Source of the DNA: a virus
Lineage: Duplodnaviria; Caudoviricetes
Virus record (IMG/VR): IMGVR_UViG_3300025459_000008
Span: 1-53,537 of that record
Strand: one strand, 5' to 3'
DNA length: 53,537 nucleotides
Below the pieces are notes generated by a model. That model did no database searches. It was not told the origin of the DNA and worked only from the letters and a program-made list of their open reading frames with translations. Shown here piece by piece: positions 9,768-17,604 of this stretch. Each line of letters begins with the position of its first letter. Position 1 is the first letter of the stretch. The position numbers were made by a program, and so were the translations under genes.

Positions 9768-10097
9768 TTAAAATATTTCTACTTCCCAGCCGCCCTTTTC
9801 GGCCTTCACCGCTAAGAAGCGAAAAGGATAGATGTCGGCTGCTACCCGGATTCTCACTTTAGCCGCTTCCCGCCAGAATCCTTTGACTTCGTGAATCTCC
9901 AAAGTGCCGTCTTTGACCATTACCGCGAAATCCGGTTTAAAATACGAATCATCTGCCAACCGCAATCGGACCCCCTCAAACTTATACCACAGCACTTCGC
10001 CGGTCCGCAACAGAAGCTCAAGACGGTTGGCATAGGCAGCTTCAGTTTTATTCATGGTACTAGTTTTAAGGTGGCCCTTAGCGGTTACTTTTCGCAT
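9768..10097 (-). CDS. PD-(D/E)xK endonuclease (DUF1064-like, possible resolvase)
   Basis: MNKTEAAY, FKPDF and HEVKG motifs. Confidence 0.8.
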   Translation of the reverse strand: MRKVTAKGHLKTSTMNKTEAAYANRLELLLRTGEVLWYKFEGVRLRLADDSYFKPDFAVMVKDGTLEIHEVKGFWREAAKVRIRVAADIYPFRFLAVKAEKGGWEVEIF

Positions 10098-10114
10098 TTT
10101 ACTCCTTTAAAAAT

Positions 10115-10519
10115 TTATTCCTCCCGGACCCCTCTATGGGCAGCGCCTCGTACGAAAGCAATCTCCCAATAAGGACCGAACCTCTCGCCCTGCCGGGTGT
10201 ACCAGAAGCGGCTTATGTGAAAAACCTGATAACCAGCAGCAGTAGCAATTTCCTCTGCCCGAAAGCCTTCACTTTCATTGCCTTTGAACCAGACTACCGG
10301 TCGTTCACTAGCATGGCTAGGGCCACCCTGGCAGGAATCAAATGTATCAATTCCGGCCTCTCGAAGCACTTTAACAACTCCAATGATTCCATCATCGAGA
10401 GCATCAGGGCCTTCCAACATCCACGATTCCATTGGGAATATCTTTCTGTATTTGAGTCCTGATTTTCCGTACGATTCAGCACCGCAGCGCCGACAATAGA
10501 ATGAAGGTTTCAATTTCAA
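10115..10519 (-). CDS. hypothetical protein
   Basis: LDDGIIGVVKVLREAGIDTFDSCQGG motif common in phage proteins. Confidence 0.55.
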   Translation of the reverse strand: MKLKPSFYCRRCGAESYGKSGLKYRKIFPMESWMLEGPDALDDGIIGVVKVLREAGIDTFDSCQGGPSHASERPVVWFKGNESEGFRAEEIATAAGYQVFHISRFWYTRQGERFGPYWEIAFVRGAAHRGVREE

Positions 10520-10523
10520 TTCT

Positions 10524-10781
10524 TTAAAACTTATTCCTGCACATCCGCGGGTCCGGCTCGTGCCCCTTAGGAACTTCTGTTTGTGGCGGCTTCGGAAGAG
10601 GTTGCCAATGGGTAGGCTCTGTGGGTGTAATTCTTCTGATTACCGGCCAACCAAACCAATAGTTTCTAATCTTTGTCCCAACGCCTATACGATACTGCGG
10701 CGTTATCACCGTTAAATCCTGGAAATATAGAAGAATTGGTTTGTCGAAAGGTGCAGTAGTAATATCATGCCACTTTTCCAT
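10524..10781 (-). CDS. DUF551 family protein
   Basis: WHDITTAP start and PTHWQPLPKPP end; AAGGAG RBS. Confidence 0.75.
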   Translation of the reverse strand: MEKWHDITTAPFDKPILLYFQDLTVITPQYRIGVGTKIRNYWFGWPVIRRITPTEPTHWQPLPKPPQTEVPKGHEPDPRMCRNKF

Positions 10782-11078
10782 TGCGTCTCCTTGCCCTTCA
10801 CAGATGATGCAGTTCATCGGTTTACCCGTCTTGGTGCCAAGTTTGGACTCCAATAACAGGCTGGCCCGTCCGTTGGGATAAAACAGTACCACTTCCAGCC
10901 TCTTATAAGAGCTTCTAATTTAGGATTTATGCTTGACCATACCGGAGCTACCTGGAAAGACTGTTGTCCATCTATCCCTGCCATGGCTTGAGCTTTTTCA
11001 ACTTCCTCAATAGATACCTTATGAGGATAATGATTACATAATAACATTAGACATCACCAGCTTCTTAATTAAGAGTTT

Positions 11079-11254
11079 GTGCCCCAACTCTCCCGGGGGC
11101 ACTTAGGGCCTGGGTGCCAGAGGCTTAGGACCGGCAGAAAGGCACAAGGCCAGCGCAACCGGCCCCTACGATCTCCGGGTGGTGGGGAACACCGAAGACC
11201 AGCCTGGCGTTAACGAGGTCAGGCGCCCTCGAAGGAGGAGTACTGCGCTGGCCT
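11079..11254. ncRNA. candidate structured RNA (multibranch element plus hairpin)
   Basis: 11-bp perfect closing stem 11147-11157/11244-11254 with internal hairpins; GTGCCCC/GGGGCAC hairpin 11079-11102; no ORF. Confidence 0.4.
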
Positions 11255-11260
11255 AACTGT

Positions 11261-11497
11261 TTAATCGGGTTCGCCGTCGTCGTCTGAGTCAGCACGAGGC
11301 TCAATTTTTATCTCCCAGAGGTCACATACCCCTTGCGCCTTCACCGCGAAGCCTCCGATACCGCAGGGTCGGCTCATTTCGTAACTCTTATATATAGGGT
11401 GCATCTTCCTCACCAAATTCCCGCAGGTCCGGCAGCATCGGGCCAGGGGTTTAGGATTGTAACCTTGCTTCGCCTTCGCGTCAGATTGCTTGCTCAT
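11261..11497 (-). CDS. Cys-rich hypothetical protein
   Basis: AAGGAGG RBS; KQGY..CRTC..CGIGGFAVK..CDLW. Confidence 0.6.
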   Translation of the reverse strand: MSKQSDAKAKQGYNPKPLARCCRTCGNLVRKMHPIYKSYEMSRPCGIGGFAVKAQGVCDLWEIKIEPRADSDDDGEPD

Positions 11498-11570
11498 ATC
11501 AAATCCTCCTTCCTTGCTGTTTATCTTTCTGGTGAATAAGGTCATGCATGACTTGGCATAACTTGTGTCC

Positions 11571-12536
11571 CTATTCTGTTGCGAGATCAGCCAGCTTTTT
11601 CAGTTCCTCCGATCCCCACTTATCCCGGTTCTTGCCGAACTTCACCACCAATTTTGCCACAGGCCATCCCTTGTTCTTAAGAGTATCCAAAAGTTCTTTG
11701 ATGTCCGGTCTCTGATCTTCTGGACTCGCAGTACCCCCCTTATCATCCTCTGTCTTTTCTTTTTTCGTGCCTCCTGGGGCATCAGGTGAAGCCGAGGCGG
11801 GAGAAGTAGGTGGGGCGTGGTTCATATCGGGCAGGTCTTCGATGTCCTGGTTAAAATATTCGGAGGCGTTGACAGCCACAAGAGTCGTCGCCACTAGCGC
11901 CCGCTTGTAGGCCATCTTCTGAATCGTGTTCACCAAATCGGCGGGGTCCGGGTTCTTCTTTTTCCCGACATCCTGTTTTTCAATCTCAGCAGAGCCTTTT
12001 AGGAATTGTGTGCCGCATCCGCCGAGTTTAGACCAGCAATACCACCCTCCACCTTTTTCCTCTTTGTTCCGGCGAATAGCTTCTTGGTGGCACTTGGGGC
12101 ATTTATACTCACCCTGGCGATAACGGTGTTTGGTTTCCCAGGAGTTTGCACTACCATCGGCTTCGGCCACTAACCGGCCATTGCGGGATAGGCGAATTAA
12201 GTAATGGAAGTAGAAGAAGGCTTCCCCTCCATGGTCTTTGCCAGTCCAGTCCATTTCCCTGGCGAGAATTTGTTCCTCTTTGGTCAAACCAAAAAAGGTG
12301 CAAAGTTTCTCGGCTCCTGGCTTCAAAAGGGTCCACATGGGTACTTCTACTTCGCCACCCGGTAACATGATTTTGCGCTTTCCGGTTCCTGGTATTACTC
12401 CGTAATCAGTCCCAGGCCGCATGATCTCCTTCACGAATTGCCCCAGCATTTTGAACCTCTCCACGGCGGTCGCAATGTCCATTTCCGGGAGGCTCAAGCT
12501 CTTCTCCACAATTTCTAACTCTCGGGGTTCGTTCAT
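11571..12536 (-). CDS. conserved phage protein, putative single-strand-annealing recombinase with zinc-ribbon insertion
   Basis: DYGVIPG, LLKPGAEKL, GSANSWE, NTIQKMAYKRALV and FNQDIED motifs followed by a disordered tail; recombinase function is inferred. Confidence 0.55.
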   Translation of the reverse strand: MNEPRELEIVEKSLSLPEMDIATAVERFKMLGQFVKEIMRPGTDYGVIPGTGKRKIMLPGGEVEVPMWTLLKPGAEKLCTFFGLTKEEQILAREMDWTGKDHGGEAFFYFHYLIRLSRNGRLVAEADGSANSWETKHRYRQGEYKCPKCHQEAIRRNKEEKGGGWYCWSKLGGCGTQFLKGSAEIEKQDVGKKKNPDPADLVNTIQKMAYKRALVATTLVAVNASEYFNQDIEDLPDMNHAPPTSPASASPDAPGGTKKEKTEDDKGGTASPEDQRPDIKELLDTLKNKGWPVAKLVVKFGKNRDKWGSEELKKLADLATE

Positions 12537-12962
12537 CTTCTCCTCCTTGGCTTAATTCAGGGTATTCATAGAATAAGTGGGGGTTCATCCTAAAGCACCC
12601 CCGTTCTTGCTGATGCACTTATGACTAATAGTATCACTCGGCAAGTTCCAGCCACATGCAGGACAGATTTTGGTCGTTATGTAACCTGGTGATTCTGATA
12701 GTTTTTCGCACCATTTTTTATCAAAGTCCCAATAGGCTAACTCCGGGGACTTCCCAAACCCCGCTACGCCGTCTTGGAGATTTTCGCCATACAAAGCACA
12801 CCACATATCACCATCAATGAAGATGCGGGGTTTAAGCAGGTGGCAAGGACGACGTAATTCACAGGCATAAGCGTAAAGTTCATTTTGAATACGGGCCGCT
12901 TGTTGATCGGATAATCGGATAATATGTTCATCTTCTCCTCCTTGGCTTAATTCAGGGTATTC
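12531..12962. repeat. 37-bp identical direct repeat (12531-12567 and 12926-12962)
   Basis: GTTCATCTTCTCCTCCTTGGCTTAATTCAGGGTATTC occurs twice. Confidence 0.9.
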
Positions 12963-12983
12963 GTAAAATAGATGATGATCCAT
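12585..12983 (-). CDS. conserved hypothetical phage protein
   Basis: IDGDMWCALYGENLQDGVAGFGKSP motif. Confidence 0.65.
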   Translation of the reverse strand: MDHHLFYEYPELSQGGEDEHIIRLSDQQAARIQNELYAYACELRRPCHLLKPRIFIDGDMWCALYGENLQDGVAGFGKSPELAYWDFDKKWCEKLSESPGYITTKICPACGWNLPSDTISHKCISKNGGALG

Positions 12984-12996
12984 TTGCTTCTCTCCC

Positions 12997-13227
12997 TTAT
13001 TGTTCAACCCATTCAGGCCATTTTCCTTCTTCCCATGCTTTAGCTCTGTCAACATCAGAAGAAGTAGGATCATCAGGTACTAATTTGATCCATTCTGGAC
13101 CGTAGCATTCACGGGCAAGAGCTTGGCCCCAGTCATACGATTTGCCATCCTTGCCGTGAACGGTTCCCCCATGTTTTCGGCCCATACGCATGATCCAGTC
13201 AATAACCCAATTTGTGTAGTTCATCAT
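12997..13227 (-). CDS. hypothetical protein
   Basis: 76 aa, ATGA coupling. Confidence 0.5.
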   Translation of the reverse strand: MMNYTNWVIDWIMRMGRKHGGTVHGKDGKSYDWGQALARECYGPEWIKLVPDDPTSSDVDRAKAWEEGKWPEWVEQ

Positions 13228-13472
13228 GGTATCCTTCTCTTGGGCACGATTCGCCGCACAGGGATAATGGGAGACTTGTCTTTCACCAATGCCTCGTGAA
13301 GTTTATCCAGCCAGAGTGTCGGATACTCCACCCGCAGGTGCGCAAAACCGTCTCCATGAAGCTTTACGAATTCTTCCTGGCGTCCGGATTGCTCCATCTG
13401 AAAATCTGCTTTTGTAAAAATATCGGGGTCTGTGCTAAAGCGACTTACCACATTTTCTTCAAGTTCTTTCAT
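13224..13472 (-). CDS. hypothetical protein
   Basis: 82 aa with RBS. Confidence 0.5.
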   Translation of the reverse strand: MKELEENVVSRFSTDPDIFTKADFQMEQSGRQEEFVKLHGDGFAHLRVEYPTLWLDKLHEALVKDKSPIIPVRRIVPKRRIP

Positions 13473-13483
13473 CCTATTCTCCC

Positions 13484-13663
13484 TTAATACTTACGGAGTC
13501 GCGCCAAGCAACGAGTCAAATCCATCGAGGCCCTGATGGCAGCGGCGTTGTATTTGCCGGCTTCTTCTTCCTTTTTTTGAGCACTCAGGGCTTTATGTGC
13601 CGCACCGATGAACCTCACAGCTTCGGCTATGCAATCTTCAAGGTCTTTGATAGTTACGGGCAT
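13484..13663 (-). CDS. hypothetical protein (59 aa, below the ORF-track cutoff)
   Basis: AAGGAG RBS; MPVTIKDLEDCIAEAVRFI...RASMDLTRCLARLRKY. Confidence 0.55.
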   Translation of the reverse strand: MPVTIKDLEDCIAEAVRFIGAAHKALSAQKKEEEAGKYNAAAIRASMDLTRCLARLRKY

Positions 13664-13673
13664 CTTAGTCTCC

Positions 13674-13877
13674 TTAATACTGATTTTTCATTACTACCCC
13701 ATCATTTTGAAAATCGCTCAAGGTTTTGGCGATGGATAGAATGGCGCAAGATTCATGCTCCGGTTTCTCACCCCACTTTTCCCACCAGGCACATTTTTCT
13801 TTTTCGCACTGGGGGCTATCAGTTAATGCCGGGCTTCTGCTAGGGGGATATTGAGAAAATTTTAAAGGGCAGAACAT
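13674..13877 (-). CDS. Cys-rich hypothetical protein
   Basis: FCPL..CEKEKCAWW..CAI pattern; AAGGAGG RBS. Confidence 0.6.
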   Translation of the reverse strand: MFCPLKFSQYPPSRSPALTDSPQCEKEKCAWWEKWGEKPEHESCAILSIAKTLSDFQNDGVVMKNQY

Positions 13878-14089
13878 TTCATCCTCCTTTGGGGCCAGCT
13901 CTCGCCAGCCCCGGTCATGTGGTTAGCGGTCCTTCTTTATAATGCGCCTTGGGCGAGCCAATGTTGCTTCCCTTCCCACCCCGGCCTCTAAAAGCCGTCG
14001 CCCCTCAGCACAAACTTGAAATCATGCCCGGCTTCACTGAGGTGCCGGGCGACCCCTATTAGGGGGTGCGCTTTCTTGAAGCCTCGTCC

Positions 14090-14290
14090 CTAATTCGTCA
14101 GCATCCAAATCACAAACCCCACCCCAACGACCACCAACCCCGCCACCACGCCCCTTACGACTTCCTTAGCTCGCCAGTAGGGTTCCGGTGCCATCGGCTC
14201 ACGGACCGCCAGGCGTTGGCAAAGCCGTATAATGTCCTCTGACGTGATTTCCCGGTAGGGGGGCTTGGGGAGGTAGATGAGTTTGCCCAT
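14090..14290 (-). CDS. small protein with C-terminal TM helix
   Basis: MGKLIYLPK start directly after the 14293-14523 gene. Confidence 0.45.
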   Translation of the reverse strand: MGKLIYLPKPPYREITSEDIIRLCQRLAVREPMAPEPYWRAKEVVRGVVAGLVVVGVGFVIWMLTN

Positions 14291-14292
14291 GG

Positions 14293-14523
14293 CTATTTCC
14301 CTTCTATGCAGTTTATGTGATTCAACTCGCAGTAGAAAAACCTCAGCCGCTCGTACATTGCCTCTTTTCTGATCCAGATAGTGAATCCTTCCCCATCGTT
14401 CAGGGAGCCGGTTAAATATCCGACTCCGTGATTTCCATACCGCCGGTCGCACCCGCAGGGGCAAGGACGAGATAAAACGATATTGTGATCCTTTTCGCCT
14501 TTCCAGAGGATTTCTTTGCCCAT
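14293..14523 (-). CDS. hypothetical protein
   Basis: GGAGGAG RBS; RPCPCGCD motif. Confidence 0.55.
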   Translation of the reverse strand: MGKEILWKGEKDHNIVLSRPCPCGCDRRYGNHGVGYLTGSLNDGEGFTIWIRKEAMYERLRFFYCELNHINCIEGK

Positions 14524-14739
14524 AATTACTCCTCCCCTCGGGCCGCGCCAAGGCGACCCTGGCTTGGATTAGTGAGCAATCGGCTTCATGCTCAATCTCG
14601 GTGTGATTGCCGTCTTCATCCTCGCCCATTGTGCCAACGCAGCCCATACAGGTCAGGCCATCGGTGAAATCCTCGGCATCCCCAATGAGGCGGACAAGCG
14701 CCTCCACGAGCTTCGTGATTATGGCTTGTTGGCGAATAA

Positions 14740-15243
14740 TTACTTGTTCATTTGATGCGGACATTGTTTACCTCCTCTCTTTGCCAAGTTACAATTATAA
14801 CACAAAATAGTGTATTCTTTTGGGAAACTTCTGCGGATTACATTTCTATATACCCCTGAACCACCGCCATATTGTTTCCGATGTTCATCGCCATCATTGT
14901 TTAAATGTTCTAATGTTAAAAAGGTTATTTCAGATTCACCACAACAAGTGCATTTGCCCCCATAACCAGCAACAATTTGAGTCTTTAATTTAGTCCGATA
15001 TTGAAGCATATAATCAAGAGATTTACTGTAATGAGCTTGTCGCCATTTCTTTGTTTTAGCAACTGAAAGTGCACTGATATAATGGGCTTTTCTATATATG
15101 GAAGCACAGAGTTTACAGCGGCCTTTATGGCCATCACTTTTTGCTTTTTCAATATCAAATTCCGATAAGGGTTTCTCTTGTTGGCAATGACAGCAAATTT
15201 TGAAACCTTTTTTACTCGGCAACGTCTTGAAACACTTTGTCAA
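14740..15243 (-). CDS. HNH-type endonuclease with N-terminal zinc ribbon
   Basis: CCHCQQEKPLSEF..CKLC; C-terminal CTCCGE..LTLEH..LCYNCN; TTG start after AAGGAGG. Confidence 0.75.
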   Translation of the reverse strand: MTKCFKTLPSKKGFKICCHCQQEKPLSEFDIEKAKSDGHKGRCKLCASIYRKAHYISALSVAKTKKWRQAHYSKSLDYMLQYRTKLKTQIVAGYGGKCTCCGESEITFLTLEHLNNDGDEHRKQYGGGSGVYRNVIRRSFPKEYTILCYNCNLAKRGGKQCPHQMNK

Positions 15244-15296
15244 ATCACCATCCTCCTTGTTAGTTCCCGCAGGCTCAACAAGCCACGGCAAGATTT

Positions 15297-15576
15297 TGGG
15301 GGCCGGATTCGATACCGGCTATTATCCTTGGCATTGACCGCTCGCCATCGGCCATTCACCACAGAATCATTTATGCCTACCTGAGACATGTTCCTCTCGA
15401 TTCAGCATCCCGGTTGCGCCGGGCCGCCCCATCGCCTCGCCGTAGCTGTTCAATTTGCCGAAACTTGCCCCGCCTCCGCAGACAATCACGATTGGATACA
15501 CGTCCCTATCCCTGCGGTTCTTCAGCCCGCCCTCGTCGCCTGATGGTGCTTGCTCGTGGGGGCAGCGCCTATGGGC
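15297..15576 (-). ncRNA. candidate structured RNA ending in a tRNA-like module
   Basis: Hairpin-dense ORF-free gap; 3' end GCCGG-UAUCGAAU-CCGGC-CCCCA. Confidence 0.4.
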
Positions 15577-16095
15577 TTATTTAAATCTCCCGTCAAGGCC
15601 ATACCGATGAAGCCGCCGATGACAGGACTTACAAAGCCAAATTACTATTAAAGGTTCGTTATAATTGGGATGGTGTGATTCATATTGCTGTCCTATTTTG
15701 AAAACATCCCAGCATCCGTTACATAAAAGAGGCGGACCTTTAACCAGACCGGTCCTAAGAGCGTTTTTAAATTCAAGCCATGCTTTATCTTGTAATTTCT
15801 TTAATAAGTGATTAGCTTCCCGTTTCTTCCGTCTTTCAATCTGAATCTCTGTATTGCGGGTTTGATAATAATTATTAAAATAGGTTCTTTGCTTTTTCTG
15901 TAGATCGGGGTTTTTAGATTTATGTTCTACTTGATATCGACGGCCACAAGATTTACAATATGCTCCTTTACCACCGGCCATTAACGGATTGTCATAAAAC
16001 TCAGTTGTCGGCTTGATCCCTTTTCACCGGGAACACCGACGATAAATTTGGTCGGCTTCCTGGAAAAACACCCGAGAACCCTCAATCGCTTCCAT
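15577..16095 (-). pseudogene. HNH-like zinc-finger protein with one in-frame TGA (pseudogene or recoded)
   Basis: ATG 16095 is in frame with the 15981 ORF; reads RRCSR*KGIKPTTEFY; C-terminal ESHHPNY..WLCKSCH. Confidence 0.65.
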
Positions 16096-16103
16096 GATTA
16101 TCT

Positions 16104-16152
16104 ATTAGCACAGGCGAATTTCATTTGCAAGGTTTTTTTTCGCATGAACGAA
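16104..16152 (-). promoter_or_regulatory. PL-like promoter with two operators
   Basis: TTGCAA..TGTGCTAAT on the minus strand; operators at 16105-16118 and 16139-16152. Confidence 0.75.
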
Positions 16153-16205
16153 TTTTTTTTAGGGAGAAACTCGGGAGCGGGGATTAGTGCAGTTTAGGTC
16201 TGAAT

Positions 16206-16625
16206 TTAAGGATTTTCGCTAGTAGCTTCGAGGGGGGAAAAGAGCCTTTGGTGATAAACCTGGAGGCTTGCGGCGAGAGGTTCGATATCGCTATCGGCCA
16301 GAATGAGGGAAATTAATTTATCTATGAGGTTGTGGCGATCTTTCTTGATAGCTTCCTGCCAGCGAGAGAAGCCTAAATTTTCGGTATCCAGGCTGCAAGG
16401 CTTCTCGCCCCTGATGACATGGGCGAGTTTATAGATGGTGATGAAACTCGGCTGCTTATGGCCTTTTGCCCCTGATTTATATTCGTTGAAGGTTGTCTCA
16501 AGAACCCCTGCCGCCGCAGCCATATCTTTGTCGCTCTTGAATTTGGCGGGCCGCTTCTCCATTCCGGAAATCACTTCCTTAAAAAATTTCCAAGCGGCCG
16601 CCTCAATTTCCCTTGGAGTGTTCAT
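16206..16625 (-). CDS. cI: CI-like XRE repressor
   Basis: HTH SDKDMAAAAGVLETTFNEYKSG..PSFITIYKLA; divergent from cro; GGAG RBS. Confidence 0.7.
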   Translation of the reverse strand: MNTPREIEAAAWKFFKEVISGMEKRPAKFKSDKDMAAAAGVLETTFNEYKSGAKGHKQPSFITIYKLAHVIRGEKPCSLDTENLGFSRWQEAIKKDRHNLIDKLISLILADSDIEPLAASLQVYHQRLFSPLEATSENP

Positions 16626-16648
16626 GCTATCTCCTATCATGGGATTTA

Positions 16649-16697
16649 TTCGCATGGGCGAAAATATGTCTTGCAAATCCGATTCGCTTGTGCTAAT
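16649..16697 (+). promoter_or_regulatory. PR-like promoter with two operators
   Basis: TTCGCATGGGCGAA (16649-16662), TTGCAA (16671), TTCGCTTGTGCTAA (16683-16696). Confidence 0.75.
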
Positions 16698-16706
16698 CAT
16701 CGTTTT

Positions 16707-16922
16707 ATGACCCTCAGAGAATTTTTCACCGAGCAAGGCATCCACTACACCCCGTGGGCGAAAATGAATGGTGTCCCGGCCTCCTGTATCCATCGCCACC
16801 TTAGGGGGAAGGGCTATTTTAAGCCGGCAACCGCCCGGATAATTCATAAAGCTACTGGCTGCTTGGTTCCTTTGGTCAACTTATGCCCTGACCTGGAAGA
16901 AAGTTCGCCTGACTGTGCCTAA
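16707..16922 (+). CDS. cro: Cro-like repressor
   Basis: MTLREFF..WAKMNGV..ARIIHKATG..LCPDL Cro/YdaS pattern. Confidence 0.75.
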   Translation: MTLREFFTEQGIHYTPWAKMNGVPASCIHRHLRGKGYFKPATARIIHKATGCLVPLVNLCPDLEESSPDCA

Positions 16923-17057
16923 CATTTTCACAAACTATTTTTCATCCGTCTGCCAAAATATTTCAGCGGTTGCCAAAAATGCAGAAGCAGCAATATCAAG
17001 GGTTTCCCGGCCTATTTTGGCAAAACCCCCTTCCCCTTGCCACGGAGAAAAAGGCTG

Positions 17058-17360
17058 ATGGCTGAATTTGATTGGGATGATTTTATCTCCGATTTATGCC
17101 GGGACCTCCTGCATGGCGTGGATCTCACCCGCATTCTTGAGCGCACCAAGCTATCCGCCAACACTATCGGCTGTCACATCCTTCGCACCAAGCCCCAGAT
17201 ACCCAACTCGAAATAGTTGGGGATTTACCTGGATGAAGCGATGAAGCAGCGACCCGAGAATGTGCGCCAGGCCCTAAAACGGATTTGCGCTCGGTTTGGG
17301 ATGACGGCTGAGTCTCTGGATATTCTACGGAAAGAAGTTGAGAGAAATAATGGGGGATAA
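17058..17360 (+). pseudogene. regulator in the CII position with one in-frame TAG
   Basis: 100-codon frame filling the cro-xis gap, interrupted only by TAG at 17214-17216. Confidence 0.55.
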
Positions 17361-17604
17361 CCCCACCCCACCGCTGCTAACCGTCAAGGAGGCGGCTTTG
17401 CTCTTGAAATTATCTCCACGTTCTATATACCGAAAGGCGCGGGTACTCGGGGGCTTCTACCCTCTTGGCCTGCGCTGTTTACGATTTCGGGCGGAGGTAA
17501 TTTTCAATGCCATGCTGGCGCGAGAAGAAGGGCTGGCGGTATCGATTCCAGTACCAGGGCAAAAAATTCAACAAAGCCTGGTTTCGTACCAAGGCCCAGG
17601 CTAG
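17350..17604 (+). CDS. xis: excisionase-like HTH protein
   Basis: LLTVKEAALLLKLSPRSIY; overlaps the integrase start. Confidence 0.75.
   Translation: MGDNPTPPLLTVKEAALLLKLSPRSIYRKARVLGGFYPLGLRCLRFRAEVIFNAMLAREEGLAVSIPVPGQKIQQSLVSYQGPG

Noticed and set aside
16626-16847. 213-aa version of the repressor
   Set aside because: The extension overlaps cro and the operators; an RBS supports the start at 16625.
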